DNA of 64,000 nucleotides from an uncultured Chloroflexia bacterium (GTDB lineage: Bacteria > Chloroflexota > Limnocylindria > Limnocylindrales > CSP1-4): contig CAVVNQ010000015.1 of assembly GCA_963749705.1 (NCBI GenBank), forward strand, positions 160,001 through 224,000. Direction: 5' to 3'. Below are positions 31,160 to 40,944 of this stretch, in pieces. A program made the translations under genes and the position numbers. The first letter of the stretch is position 1. Each line of letters opens with the position of its first letter. The notes below the pieces were generated by a model that was given only the letters and a program-made list of their open reading frames with translations, searched no databases and had not been told where the DNA came from.

Positions 31160-32152
31160 GTGCAGCCACTCCGCATCGCCCTGGCCCAGATCGCCCCGCG
31201 CCTCGGGGATCTCGACGCGAACCTGGAGCAGCACCGGGACCTGGTGCATGACGCCCGGGCCGGTGGTGCCGGGCTGGTCGTGTTCCCGGAGCTGGGGCTC
31301 ACGGGCTACCTGCTCCAGGACCTCGCGTCCGAGGTGGCGATGCGCCTCGACGACCCGCGGCTCGCGACGCTGGTTGCGGCCACGACCGACGGCCCGTCGG
31401 CGATCATCTCGTTCGTCGAGGAGTCGGGCGACCATCGCCTGTTCATCGCGGCGGCGCTGGTCGAGGCCGGCGAGATCCGCCACGTCCACCGCAAGGCCCA
31501 CCTGCCGACCTACGGCCTGTTCGATGAGCGCCGGTTCTTTGCCCCCGGCAACGCGCTGCGCGCGGTGCCCTCGACGCTGGGGGTGGGTCTCGGGCTTGCG
31601 GTGTGCGAGGACTTCTGGCATCTGTCAACGGCGCAGCTGCTGGCGCTCGACGGTGCACAGATCCTGGTCAACGTGTCGTCGTCGCCGGGCCGCGACCTGG
31701 CGGCATCCAACGAGGTCGGGCTGGGAACGGCGACATCGTGGCGGACGCTGATGCGGACCTATGCGCAGCTCACGACGTCGTTCGTGGTGTTCTGCAACCG
31801 CGTCGGGGTCGACGAGTCGTTCTCGTTCTGGGGCGGGTCGGAGGTGATCGGGCCAAACGGTGCGGTCGTGTTCTCGGCGCCGATGTTCGAGGAGGGCCTG
31901 TTCTACGCCGACGTGGACCTGGCCGAGGTGCGACGCGAGCGGATCACGCTGCCGCTGCTGCGCGACGAGCGGCCGGAACTGGTCGCCAGGGAATGGCGCC
32001 GGCTGATCGCCGAGCGGGCCGGGCTCGCTCCGGATACCACCGGCGACGAGGCCGATCCCGCGGCATCGGCGGGTCCGCCCGAGGGCGTTCGACCCGCGCG
32101 AGCGGCCGCCGGCGTTGCACCCGTCCCCGCCGACCTCGAGACGCCATGGTGA
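31160..32152 (+). CDS. carbon-nitrogen hydrolase, probable glutaminase subunit of NAD synthetase
   Basis: FPEL, HRKAHLPTYGLFDERRFF and VCEDFW give the E-K-C triad; overlaps nadE. Confidence 0.9.
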   Translation: MQPLRIALAQIAPRLGDLDANLEQHRDLVHDARAGGAGLVVFPELGLTGYLLQDLASEVAMRLDDPRLATLVAATTDGPSAIISFVEESGDHRLFIAAALVEAGEIRHVHRKAHLPTYGLFDERRFFAPGNALRAVPSTLGVGLGLAVCEDFWHLSTAQLLALDGAQILVNVSSSPGRDLAASNEVGLGTATSWRTLMRTYAQLTTSFVVFCNRVGVDESFSFWGGSEVIGPNGAVVFSAPMFEEGLFYADVDLAEVRRERITLPLLRDERPELVAREWRRLIAERAGLAPDTTGDEADPAASAGPPEGVRPARAAAGVAPVPADLETPW

Positions 32153-33045
32153 GCGAGGCTCCGGGGCCGATGTTCGTGCTCCCGGACGAGCTGGCGATCG
32201 ACACCGGGGTCGCACGGACCGTCATCGCGGCGTTCATCCGCGGCCAGCTCCGGCAGGCGGGGTTCGAACGGGCCGTCCTGGGGCTGTCGGGCGGGATCGA
32301 CTCCGGGCTCGTCGCGTACCTGGTCGCCGACGCGATCGGCGCGGAGCGCCTCCTGTGCGTGCTGATGCCGTATCGCACGTCGTCACCGGCATCGCGGTCG
32401 GACGCGGAGGAGATCGTCCGTCGCCTCGGCTGCGCCTCCGAGCTGGTCGACATCAGCCCGATGGTGGACGGCTACTTCGGCGCCGACGGCGAGGCGGGAG
32501 CGGCGGGTCCCGAGGGCCTCGAGGCCGCCCCGCTGCGTCGCGGCAACCTGATGGCCCGAATGCGCATGTCGGTGCTCTATGACCGATCCGTCACCTGGGG
32601 CGGGCTGGTCGTCGGCACGGGCAACAAGACCGAGTCGCTGATCGGATACACGACGCTGTTCGGGGATTCCGCGTGCGCGTTCAACCCCATCGGTGACCTG
32701 TACAAGAGCCAGGTCCGCCAGCTGGCGGTCGCGATGGGGCTGCCGGAGGCGATCATCCGGAAGGCGCCATCCGCTGACCTGTGGCCGGGCCAGACGGACG
32801 AGATCGAAGCGGGCTTCTCGTACCCGGAGCTCGACCGGCTGCTGTTCTGGCGGATCGACAAGCGTCGGAGCGTGGACGAGGTCGTGGCGCTCGGGTTCGA
32901 TCCCGCGCTCGTCGAGCGGGTGGATCACATGGTCGCCGGCTCCGAGTTCAAGCGCCAGGTGCCGCCGATCGCGAAGCTCGGCCCGCGGACGGCCGGGGTG
33001 GACTATCTGTACCCGCGCCGCCGGCCCGGGTCGGCACGCAGCTGA
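32149..33045 (+). CDS. nadE: NAD+ synthetase (synthetase subunit)
   Basis: LGLSGGIDS, GNLMARMRM, GTGNKTE and KAPSADLWPGQTDE motifs. Confidence 0.96.
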   Translation: MSEAPGPMFVLPDELAIDTGVARTVIAAFIRGQLRQAGFERAVLGLSGGIDSGLVAYLVADAIGAERLLCVLMPYRTSSPASRSDAEEIVRRLGCASELVDISPMVDGYFGADGEAGAAGPEGLEAAPLRRGNLMARMRMSVLYDRSVTWGGLVVGTGNKTESLIGYTTLFGDSACAFNPIGDLYKSQVRQLAVAMGLPEAIIRKAPSADLWPGQTDEIEAGFSYPELDRLLFWRIDKRRSVDEVVALGFDPALVERVDHMVAGSEFKRQVPPIAKLGPRTAGVDYLYPRRRPGSARS

Positions 33046-33047
33046 CG

Positions 33048-33941
33048 GTGGCTGCCGGCGGGACGCTGTACCTGGTCGCGACGCCGATCGGCAACCTCGG
33101 CGACGTCACGCTGCGCGCGCTCGAGATCCTGCGCAGCGTGCCGCTGATCGCGGCCGAGGACACCCGGATCACGCGCCGGCTGCTCGATCGCTACGAGATC
33201 GGGACGCGGACCACCAGCTACCACGCCAAGAGCGGTCCGGCGCGGGAGCGGGAGCTGCTGGCGCACCTTGCCGGCGGCGCCGACCTCGCCCTCGTCACGG
33301 ACGCCGGCACGCCGGTCGTGTCCGATCCCGGCGAGAGCCTGGTTGCGGCATGGGCGGGGCGCGGCGGCACGGTGGTCGCGGTTCCGGGTGCGTCCTCGGT
33401 GCTCGCGGCCGTTGCATCGAGTGGGGTGGCCGGGCCGCGCTGGACCTTCGAGGGGTTCCTGCCGCGAAGCGGCCGTGAGCGGCGCGACCGGCTGGAGCAG
33501 ATCGCGGGCGATGAGCGGGGTGCCGTGATCCTCGAGGCGCCGGGCCGCACAGCCGCGACGCTCGCCGACCTGGCCGCGGTCTGCGGCGATCAGCGCTCGG
33601 GCGCCGTCTGCCGCGAGCTGACCAAGCTCCACGAGGCCGTCGTGCGGGGATCGCTCGGGGAGCTGGTCGACGCGGCGCGCGACGGGACGATCCCCGCGCG
33701 GGGCGAGGTGGTGATCGTCGTGGGCTGGTCGAGCGGGGTGGTCGCAGGGGCGGTCGGTCCCGGCACGTCGGGGGCGACGCGTGACGCGGTGATCGCGACC
33801 GCCCGGGCCGAGGTCGAACGGCTCGTGGAGGGTGGTGCCGCGCGGGGCGACGCCGCGCGTCGCGTTGCGGCGGAGACCGGCCTCCCGCGGCGGGCGCTGT
33901 ACGCGACCCGGACGGATCCGCGGCCGGAACCACGGGGCTGA
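33048..33941 (+). CDS. rsmI: 16S rRNA C1402 2'-O-methyltransferase
   Basis: LYLVATPIGNL, AEDTR, DAGTP.VSDPG, FEGFLP and RELTKLHE motifs. Confidence 0.95.
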   Translation: MAAGGTLYLVATPIGNLGDVTLRALEILRSVPLIAAEDTRITRRLLDRYEIGTRTTSYHAKSGPARERELLAHLAGGADLALVTDAGTPVVSDPGESLVAAWAGRGGTVVAVPGASSVLAAVASSGVAGPRWTFEGFLPRSGRERRDRLEQIAGDERGAVILEAPGRTAATLADLAAVCGDQRSGAVCRELTKLHEAVVRGSLGELVDAARDGTIPARGEVVIVVGWSSGVVAGAVGPGTSGATRDAVIATARAEVERLVEGGAARGDAARRVAAETGLPRRALYATRTDPRPEPRG

Positions 33942-34037
33942 GGGAGCCGGCTGCCGGGCGGACCGGGCTGCCACGCGGGCGGCCGGCTGGCGCGCGGGCG
34001 GCCGGTGCAGCGTCATCTCCGCCTTTCGACCGTCGTG

Positions 34038-35036
34038 GTGACGTACCCTTCGCCGATGCCACCCGCCGGATCGCCGCCACCGCCGCCACCGGACGCCCGA
34101 GCGGTCTCGGACGCCTATGGTCTGGGACGACCGACCGGACCGCCGGTCTTCGCGGCGCGCGGAGAGCTCGGGCGGATCTGGCGGCTGGACACGAGCGCCG
34201 GCACGTGGGCGATCAAGGAGCTGTTCGAGCCGCCGTCGGAGGCTGAGGCGGCCGATGATGTCGCCTTCCAGCTGGCAGCCATCGGGGCGGGCATCCCGAT
34301 GCCGCGTCCGATCCCGACTCGCGATGGCATGGTCCTCGCGCGGGCGACGGCGGTCGACCGCGAGCTGGTGGTTCGGACGTACGCCTGGGTGGAGCTGGCA
34401 GGACGCGACGCGATTGCCGACGTGATGGCGGCCGGCCGCATCCTGGGGCAGCTCCATGCGCTCGCGTACCCGGACGGGCGATCGCCGGATCCGTGGTTCA
34501 CGGCACCCGTTGCCGACGATCGCTGGGCCTCCCTGGTGGCGGACGCCGAGGCGCTCGGCGTCGCCTGGGGGGCGGACCTCCGGGGTCTCGCAGCGGCCTT
34601 CGTGGAGGCCCGATCACTCATCCTCTCGGGCAACCACGCGCCGACGATCCGGTGCCATCTCGACTTCAATCCGGACAACGTGCTCGTGGACGTGCACGGC
34701 GGACTCGTGGTCGTCGACTGGGAGAACGGGGGAGCCGCCTCGGCCGAGCAGGAGCTCGCGATGGCCGTCGACGTGTTCATCGACGACCCGGCCACGGAGC
34801 CGAGGTTCCTGGCCGGCTACCGAGAGGGTGGCGGGACGGCCGAGCTGCGCGATCGCAGCTCGTTTGCGATGGCGTACGCGATGCTCGGGAACCTCGTGGC
34901 GCATTACGCGGAGCGAGCGCTCGACGGTGCCGTGGGCGATGAGGATCGTGCGCGGGCGGCGTACTGGATCCGTGACATCGCCGCTCACGGGGTCAGCCTC
35001 GAGCGAACGGACGCGCTGCTGCAGGCGGCGCGATAG
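34038..35036 (+). CDS. APH/choline-kinase-like phosphotransferase (start uncertain, 34005-34056)
   Basis: WAIK, HLDFNPDNVL (Brenner motif) and VVDWE. Confidence 0.8.
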   Translation: MTYPSPMPPAGSPPPPPPDARAVSDAYGLGRPTGPPVFAARGELGRIWRLDTSAGTWAIKELFEPPSEAEAADDVAFQLAAIGAGIPMPRPIPTRDGMVLARATAVDRELVVRTYAWVELAGRDAIADVMAAGRILGQLHALAYPDGRSPDPWFTAPVADDRWASLVADAEALGVAWGADLRGLAAAFVEARSLILSGNHAPTIRCHLDFNPDNVLVDVHGGLVVVDWENGGAASAEQELAMAVDVFIDDPATEPRFLAGYREGGGTAELRDRSSFAMAYAMLGNLVAHYAERALDGAVGDEDRARAAYWIRDIAAHGVSLERTDALLQAAR

Positions 35037-35139
35037 CCGCCGAGGCGCCATGGACCCGGTGGCCGTGGCGAGGGAGCCGGCAGCGGCGCGGGAGGGGGTG
35101 CCGCGCCGCCACCGGCCAGGAAACGGGAAGGCTGCGGGA

Positions 35140-35628
35140 TCAGGCCGCGACGGCCTCCTCGAGGAGCTCGTCCTCCTCCTCGTCGTCCTCGTCGCCGCCC
35201 GGGGTGACGCTGAAGCCGGCGTCGTCCGCGATCGGCTCGGCGGCATCCGGCGCCACGCCCGCGGCGACCGCCTGCGCCTCGAGCGCCGTCGCTGCCGTCT
35301 CGGCCGCGTAGTCCTTCTTGCGACGGCCGGACAGCATCTCGACGCTGCTCGCGACGATCTCCGTCTTCCAGTGGCGCTGACCCTTGTCGTCGTCCCATGT
35401 GCGGGTCTGGATCCGGCCCTCGATGGCGACCTGCTGGCCCTTGCCCAGGTACCGGCCGCAGGTTTCTGCCAGCCGATCCCATGCGACCACGTTGTGGAAC
35501 TCGCTCTTCTCCTTGCCCGACACGTACTCGTGGCTCGCGACGGAGAACTGGGCGACGGCCTTGCCGCCGGCGGTCGTGCGAACCTCGGGGTCGCGGGTCA
35601 GGCGCCCGGTGAGAAGGACCCTGTTCAT
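35140..35628 (-). CDS. ssb: single-stranded DNA-binding protein with a non-canonical acidic tail
   Basis: MNRVLLTGRLTRDPE, FHNVVAW and IEGRIQTRTW motifs; GAAGGAG SD. Confidence 0.92.
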   Translation of the reverse strand: MNRVLLTGRLTRDPEVRTTAGGKAVAQFSVASHEYVSGKEKSEFHNVVAWDRLAETCGRYLGKGQQVAIEGRIQTRTWDDDKGQRHWKTEIVASSVEMLSGRRKKDYAAETAATALEAQAVAAGVAPDAAEPIADDAGFSVTPGGDEDDEEEDELLEEAVAA

Positions 35629-35897
35629 CGGTTCGTTGTCTCCTTCCGATCCGGCCGAGCCGCGCTTCCTGGGCGCGACGAGATCCGGCCGATCCTGCGT
35701 GCGGCGGGCATCAACGGACGGCGGGCGGGTGGGGCGCCGGCCCCGGCGGTCGGGCCTCGACGGAGCGACGGGTCGGCGGGGCCGGCGTGGTTCGACGGGC
35801 AGGACGAACCCTAGCGGTCGTGACTTCACGCACGCTTACGCGGGCGATGGCCCCGGGCGACCTCGGGCCCGGCCGCCAGCGCCGGGCGGACCGACGC

Positions 35898-36485
35898 TCA
35901 GCGGCTCCCGGTCCCTCGCTCGACCCCCGGCTCGGCTAGATCCGCGTCCGTCCCGCCGTCGTCCCCCGTGTCCGAATCCGGCTCCGGCTCGCGCGCCACG
36001 ACCACCTCCACCCGGGTCGCCTGCCGGAGGTCGTCGACGATGTCGCCGGTTCCGCTGAGGATGTGCTCGACGACGCCAGCCTCGTCCAGCGACGCCGGGA
36101 CGACGATCGTCTGAGCTCCCTGTCCGGCGGCGTACCGGGCGAGCGGCTCCGGGCCGTGCTCGGAGGGAAGCCACCCGTAGGCGTCCACGCCGAGCCCGCG
36201 CGCAGCGCTGACCTGGCGCGCGAGCGGCGCCCGACCGGCCCTCTCCAGTTGGGGGACGTCCAGCCTGCTCCCGAACTGCTCCGTCTCGCCGTCGGCCGAC
36301 CACCACGTCGGCAGCGGCGAGTCGAGGACCGATGCCGCATCCCAGTGGTAGAGGATCAGCGCCGCACCCGAACCGCGCGCGAGCTCCACGGCGAGTCGCC
36401 GGGCGGCGGCGAATCGATCGTCGTCCGAGGTGACGGCGACGATCGGGCGGGAGGCAGCGGGTCGGGTGGGCGTGGATTGCGTCAT
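35898..36485 (-). CDS. universal stress protein-like (UspA fold)
   Basis: IVAVT...A..LA...GAALILYH pattern, IVVP motif and acidic tail. Confidence 0.65.
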   Translation of the reverse strand: MTQSTPTRPAASRPIVAVTSDDDRFAAARRLAVELARGSGAALILYHWDAASVLDSPLPTWWSADGETEQFGSRLDVPQLERAGRAPLARQVSAARGLGVDAYGWLPSEHGPEPLARYAAGQGAQTIVVPASLDEAGVVEHILSGTGDIVDDLRQATRVEVVVAREPEPDSDTGDDGGTDADLAEPGVERGTGSR

Positions 36486-36717
36486 GCGGGGAACTCCCGG
36501 GTGGTGCCACGGCGGGCATGGTTGCGCACGTTCAGGTCACCCTACGATCGGTGACGTGTGGCAGCGCGACGCCGTCGGACCCGGTGATGTGTCAGGCGCA
36601 TCACAGCGTGCGCACCGGCGGTTGGACACCCGCCCTGCTGCGCGGAGACCCGCGGGTCGTCCGGTACGACGGCGCCGGGTCATCGTCGGACGTCGTCGCG
36701 GGGGGCCTTCGGTTCGC

Positions 36718-36926
36718 TATACTCGCCCGGTCCTCGAGGCTGCGCGGAGCTCCCCGACCGCGAAGGAGGAACTGACCATTGCTCGAGGGAGGCGCGGCGT
36801 CCGCCCCGTGAGACGGCACCGCACCCCTGACCGCTCGGTCCGCCGAAGCGCCGGTGGGCAGTCGCGGGAGACGTCTATCCAGGACCCCGGCCTCGTCCGG
36901 GGTCGTTTCATGCCCGGAGGCACCCG
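36718..36926 (+). promoter_or_regulatory. purA-operon promoter (TATACT) and about 200-nt structured leader
   Basis: TATACT at 36718-36723; several predicted helices; terminator hairpin before the purA SD. Confidence 0.6.
36883..36910 (+). terminator. leader terminator/attenuator hairpin upstream of purA
   Basis: GACCCCGG-CCTCGT-CCGGGGTC followed by GTTTCA. Confidence 0.6.
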
Positions 36927-38234
36927 ATGCCCGCGACGGTGATCGTCGGCCTCCAGTGGGGCGACGAGGGCAAGGGCAAGACCACGGACTTCCTGGCCGA
37001 GCAGGTGGCGATGGTCGTGCGCTACCAGGGCGGCGACAACGCGGGCCACACGGTCGTCACCGGCGACGAGGTGTTCAAGCTCCAGCTGTGCCCGTCGGGC
37101 GTGCTGTATCCGCACATCACGTCGGTGATCGGGAACGGCGTCGTGGTCAACCCCGCCACGCTGATCGCGGAGCTGGAGATGCTGGCCGGACGCGGGGTCG
37201 ACGTGGCGAAGGTCCGGGTCAGCCGCAGCGCGCACGTGATCATGCCCTACCACGTGGCCCTGGACCGCGCGAACGAGAGCCGGCTCGGGGGCGCGAAGGT
37301 CGGAACCACCGGCCGGGGGATCGGGCCCACGTACGGCGACCGCGCGTGGCGGCTGGGGCTGCGCATGGAGGACCTGCTCGACCGCGAGGTGTTGCGCGAT
37401 CGGATCTCGCGCGCGCTGCCGGACAAGAACCTGCTGCTCGCCTCGATGGGTGCCGACACGTTCGAGGTCGAGCCGCTCGTCGATCAGGCCGCGGCCTGGG
37501 GTGAGCGCCTCCGCGACCACCTGGACGACAGCACATGGCTGGTCCAGGACGCGCTCCGCCGCGGTGACCACGTCCTGCTCGAGGGCGCGCAGGGCACGCT
37601 GCTCGATCTCGATCACGGCAGCTACCCGTTCGTGACGTCGTCCAACCCGGTGGCCGGCGGCGCCTGCACGGGCGGCGGCATCGGGCCGCTCCAGGTCGAC
37701 GAGGTGATCGGCGTCATGAAGGCGTACGCGACGCGGGTCGGCTCCGGGCCGTTCCCGACCGAGCTCCACGACGACATCGGCCGCGGGATCGCGGAGCGCG
37801 GTCGTGAGTTCGGCACCGTCACCGGTCGCCCGCGCCGGGTGGGCTGGCTGGACGCGGTCCCGATGCGCTACGCGGTCGCCGTCAACTCCAACTCGGCGAT
37901 CGTGCTCAACAAGCTCGACATCCTATCGGGGATCGAGACCATCCGGCTGTGCGTGGCCTATGACATCGACGGCCGGCGCGTCGAGACCTGGCCCTCCAGC
38001 GGCTCGGCGCTGTCGCGCGCGACGCCCATCTACGAGGACTTCCCCGGCTGGGAGGAGCCGATCCACGACGTGCGCTCGCTGGCCGGACTGCCCGAGAACG
38101 CGCGCCGGTACGTGACCGCGCTCGAGGAGCACGCCGGGGTGCCGATCGTGTTCGTGTCCGTGGGCCCGGAGCGCAACCAGACCATCGAGCGGGCGTGGCG
38201 GCCGATGCGCCATCGGCCGGGCATGCCGGCGTAG
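36927..38234 (+). CDS. purA: adenylosuccinate synthetase
   Basis: QWGDEGKGK, GGDNAGHT, EGAQG and GTVTGRPRRVGW motifs. Confidence 0.98.
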   Translation: MPATVIVGLQWGDEGKGKTTDFLAEQVAMVVRYQGGDNAGHTVVTGDEVFKLQLCPSGVLYPHITSVIGNGVVVNPATLIAELEMLAGRGVDVAKVRVSRSAHVIMPYHVALDRANESRLGGAKVGTTGRGIGPTYGDRAWRLGLRMEDLLDREVLRDRISRALPDKNLLLASMGADTFEVEPLVDQAAAWGERLRDHLDDSTWLVQDALRRGDHVLLEGAQGTLLDLDHGSYPFVTSSNPVAGGACTGGGIGPLQVDEVIGVMKAYATRVGSGPFPTELHDDIGRGIAERGREFGTVTGRPRRVGWLDAVPMRYAVAVNSNSAIVLNKLDILSGIETIRLCVAYDIDGRRVETWPSSGSALSRATPIYEDFPGWEEPIHDVRSLAGLPENARRYVTALEEHAGVPIVFVSVGPERNQTIERAWRPMRHRPGMPA

Positions 38235-38248
38235 GGCGGACGATCCCC

Positions 38249-39586
38249 GTGTCCCCCGCGACCCTCGCGATGCCGTCCCGGATCCTCGTCCTGGGCGCGG
38301 GCGGTCGCGAGCACGCGCTGGCCTGGAAGCTCGCGCGGGAGCCCGGCGTCCGCGAGGTGCTCGTCGCGCCGGGCAGTGCGGGCATCGCCGCCGAGCCGCG
38401 CGTGCGCACGGTCCGGGTCGATCCGATGGACCCCGCGGCGGTCGTGGCGCTGGCGCATGACGAGGCGGTCGACCTGGTCGTGGTCGGGCCCGAGGCGCCG
38501 CTGTCCGTGGGCGTCGCGGATGCGCTCGGCGCCGCGGGCGTCGCCGTGTTCGGCCCGCCTCGTGCGGCCGCGCGCCTCGAGACCTCGAAGGCCTTCTGCC
38601 ACGACGCTGCAACGGCTGCCGGTGTCCGGATGGCCGCGGCCCGTGCCTTCGGCGGCGATGACGTCGACGGCGCCGTTGCCTGGGTGCGCGAGCTGGGCGC
38701 GAGGGGCGCCGGTGTCGTGCTCAAGGCCGACGGCCTCGCGGCCGGCAAGGGCGTGATCGTGACCGACTCGACCGACCAGGCGCTCGACCTCGTGCCGTCG
38801 TTCCTCGCCGGTCGTCCCGGCGGCGCGCCGGCGCTGGTCGTCGAGGAGCGCCTGTCGGGGCCCGAGGCCAGCGTCATCGCGATCTGCGACGGCGAGCGTG
38901 CCATCGCCCTGCCCGCGGCCCGCGACCACAAGCGCCTGTGCGACGGCGACCGCGGTCCCAACACCGGTGGCATGGGCGCCTACTCGCCGCTGCCCGATCT
39001 CGACCCGGCCGCGGTCGCGCAGGTCCTCGCGACCGTCCATCGCCCGATCCTGGCCGAGATGCGGCGGCGCGGGACGCCGTTCCGTGGCTTCCTGTACGCG
39101 GGCCTGATGCTGACGCCCGACGGTCCGGCCCTGCTCGAATGCAACGTCCGGCTCGGCGACCCCGAGGCGCAGGTGATCCTGCCGCGACTGTCCGGGTCGC
39201 TGGCGCCGCTCCTCGCGGCGGCGGCGCGTGGCCGGCTGCCGGAAGATGCGCCGTCCGTGCTCGACGCCCTGCCGGGGGCCGCGGTCGCCATCGTGCTCGC
39301 GGCGAAGGGGTACCCGGGCGATCCGAGGCGCGGCGATCCGATCGCCGGGCTGGATCGCGCCCGCGACCTCGGCGCGCTCGTGTTCCACGCGGGCACCGTC
39401 GGCCGGCCGCAGGGGGGTTTCGGGACCAACGGGGGACGCGTGCTGACCGTGGTCGGGCGGGGAGCGGACCTCGCGGCCGCGCGGGACGTCGCGGAGCGCG
39501 CCGCCGACCTGATCGCGTGGGACGGGATGCAGCGCCGTCACGACATCGCGACCGACCTGCCGCAGGCCGCGGCGGTGGTCGCATGA
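38249..39586 (+). CDS. purD: phosphoribosylamine--glycine ligase
   Basis: GAGGREHA, GPEAPL, KADGLAAGKGV and GPNTGGMGAY motifs. Confidence 0.97.
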   Translation: MSPATLAMPSRILVLGAGGREHALAWKLAREPGVREVLVAPGSAGIAAEPRVRTVRVDPMDPAAVVALAHDEAVDLVVVGPEAPLSVGVADALGAAGVAVFGPPRAAARLETSKAFCHDAATAAGVRMAAARAFGGDDVDGAVAWVRELGARGAGVVLKADGLAAGKGVIVTDSTDQALDLVPSFLAGRPGGAPALVVEERLSGPEASVIAICDGERAIALPAARDHKRLCDGDRGPNTGGMGAYSPLPDLDPAAVAQVLATVHRPILAEMRRRGTPFRGFLYAGLMLTPDGPALLECNVRLGDPEAQVILPRLSGSLAPLLAAAARGRLPEDAPSVLDALPGAAVAIVLAAKGYPGDPRRGDPIAGLDRARDLGALVFHAGTVGRPQGGFGTNGGRVLTVVGRGADLAAARDVAERAADLIAWDGMQRRHDIATDLPQAAAVVA

Positions 39587-40944
39587 TCCCGCGCTACACG
39601 CTGCCCGAGATGGGCGCGCTGTGGTCCGACCGCGCCCGCTTCGAGCACATGCTCGAGGTCGAGCTCGCGGTCTGCCGCGCCGAGTCCCGCCGGGGCATAG
39701 TCCCGCCCGACGCCCTGGCCGCGATCGAGGCGCGCGCCGTTGTCGACGTCGACAGGATTTCCGAGATCGAGCAGACCACCGACCACGACGTCATCGCGTT
39801 CGTGTCGCAGGTCGCCGAGGCCGTGGGGCCCGAGGGCCGGTACCTCCACCTCGGACTGACCAGCAGCGATGTCGTGGACACGGCGCTCGCGCTCCAGCTC
39901 CGGGCGGCCGGGGAGCATCTCCTGGCGGACGCGGATCGCCTCGTGGCCGCGCTGATCGCGCGGGCGAGGGCCGAGGCCGGGACCGTGATGATGGGCCGCA
40001 CCCACTCGGTCCACGCGGAGCCGACCACGTTCGGGCTCAAGTGCGCCGGATGGGCGTTCGAGGTCGCCCGCGGCCGTGCGCGCCTGGCGGACGCCACCGC
40101 GGAGATCGGCACCGGCAAGATCAGCGGCCCGGTCGGGACGTACAGCCATCTCGACCCCGACCTGGAGGCAGAGGTCCTGGCGGAGCTCGGCCTGCGCGTG
40201 GATCCGGTCAGCACCCAGGTCGTCCAGCGTGACCGGCACGCGGCGTTCGTGGGCGCGATCGCCGTCCTCGGCGGCTCGCTGGAGCGGCTCGCGACGGAGG
40301 TCCGAAACCTCCAGCACACCGAGATCGCCGAGGTCATGGAGCCGTTCAAGCGCGGCCAGAAGGGCAGCTCGGCGATGCCCCACAAGCGCAACCCGATCCT
40401 GTCGGAGCGGATCGCGGGCCTGGCGCGCCTCCTCCGCGGCTACGCCGGCGCGGCGCTCGAGAACCAGCCCCTGTGGCACGAGCGCGACATCAGCCACTCG
40501 TCCGCCGAGCGGGTGATCCTGCCCGACGCCACGATCCTGCTCGACTACATGCTCCAGCGCACGACCGGGCTGGTCGAGGGCCTCGTCGTCCGCCCCGAGC
40601 GGATGCGCGAGAACATCGAGCGCGGGCTGGGGCTCCACGCATCGTCGCGCGTGCTGCTGGCGCTGGTCGAGGACGGCGGGCTGTCACGCGAGGATGCGTA
40701 TGCGATCGTCCAGCGCAACGCGCTGCGCGCGGCCGACGAGCGGGTGCCGCTCGATGGCCTCCTGGCGACGGATCCGGCCGTTGCGGGACGGCTGCCGCTG
40801 GCCTCGCTCGACGCCTGCTTCGACGATGCCGCGGGGCTCCGGCACGTGCCGGCGGTGATCGCGCGGCTGGATGCGCTCGAGACCGAGGTGCGAGCGCGAC
40901 TCGGAGATGAGAACCGAAGGGAGGGCGCCGGTGTCGCTCGCTGA
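39583..40944 (+). CDS. purB: adenylosuccinate lyase
   Basis: MIPRY, HDVIAF, GRTH and GSSAMPHKRNP motifs. Confidence 0.97.
   Translation: MIPRYTLPEMGALWSDRARFEHMLEVELAVCRAESRRGIVPPDALAAIEARAVVDVDRISEIEQTTDHDVIAFVSQVAEAVGPEGRYLHLGLTSSDVVDTALALQLRAAGEHLLADADRLVAALIARARAEAGTVMMGRTHSVHAEPTTFGLKCAGWAFEVARGRARLADATAEIGTGKISGPVGTYSHLDPDLEAEVLAELGLRVDPVSTQVVQRDRHAAFVGAIAVLGGSLERLATEVRNLQHTEIAEVMEPFKRGQKGSSAMPHKRNPILSERIAGLARLLRGYAGAALENQPLWHERDISHSSAERVILPDATILLDYMLQRTTGLVEGLVVRPERMRENIERGLGLHASSRVLLALVEDGGLSREDAYAIVQRNALRAADERVPLDGLLATDPAVAGRLPLASLDACFDDAAGLRHVPAVIARLDALETEVRARLGDENRREGAGVAR

Noticed and set aside
34005-35036. Aminoglycoside resistance gene
   Set aside because: Only the generic APH/kinase-fold motifs are visible; nothing supports an antibiotic substrate.
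36820-36865. ykkC/PRPP or ZTP riboswitch match in the purA leader
   Set aside because: The GGACCGAGCGGT-like string is on the wrong strand, and the ZTP-like 3' segment lacks its 5' partner. Kept only as an unknown structured leader.
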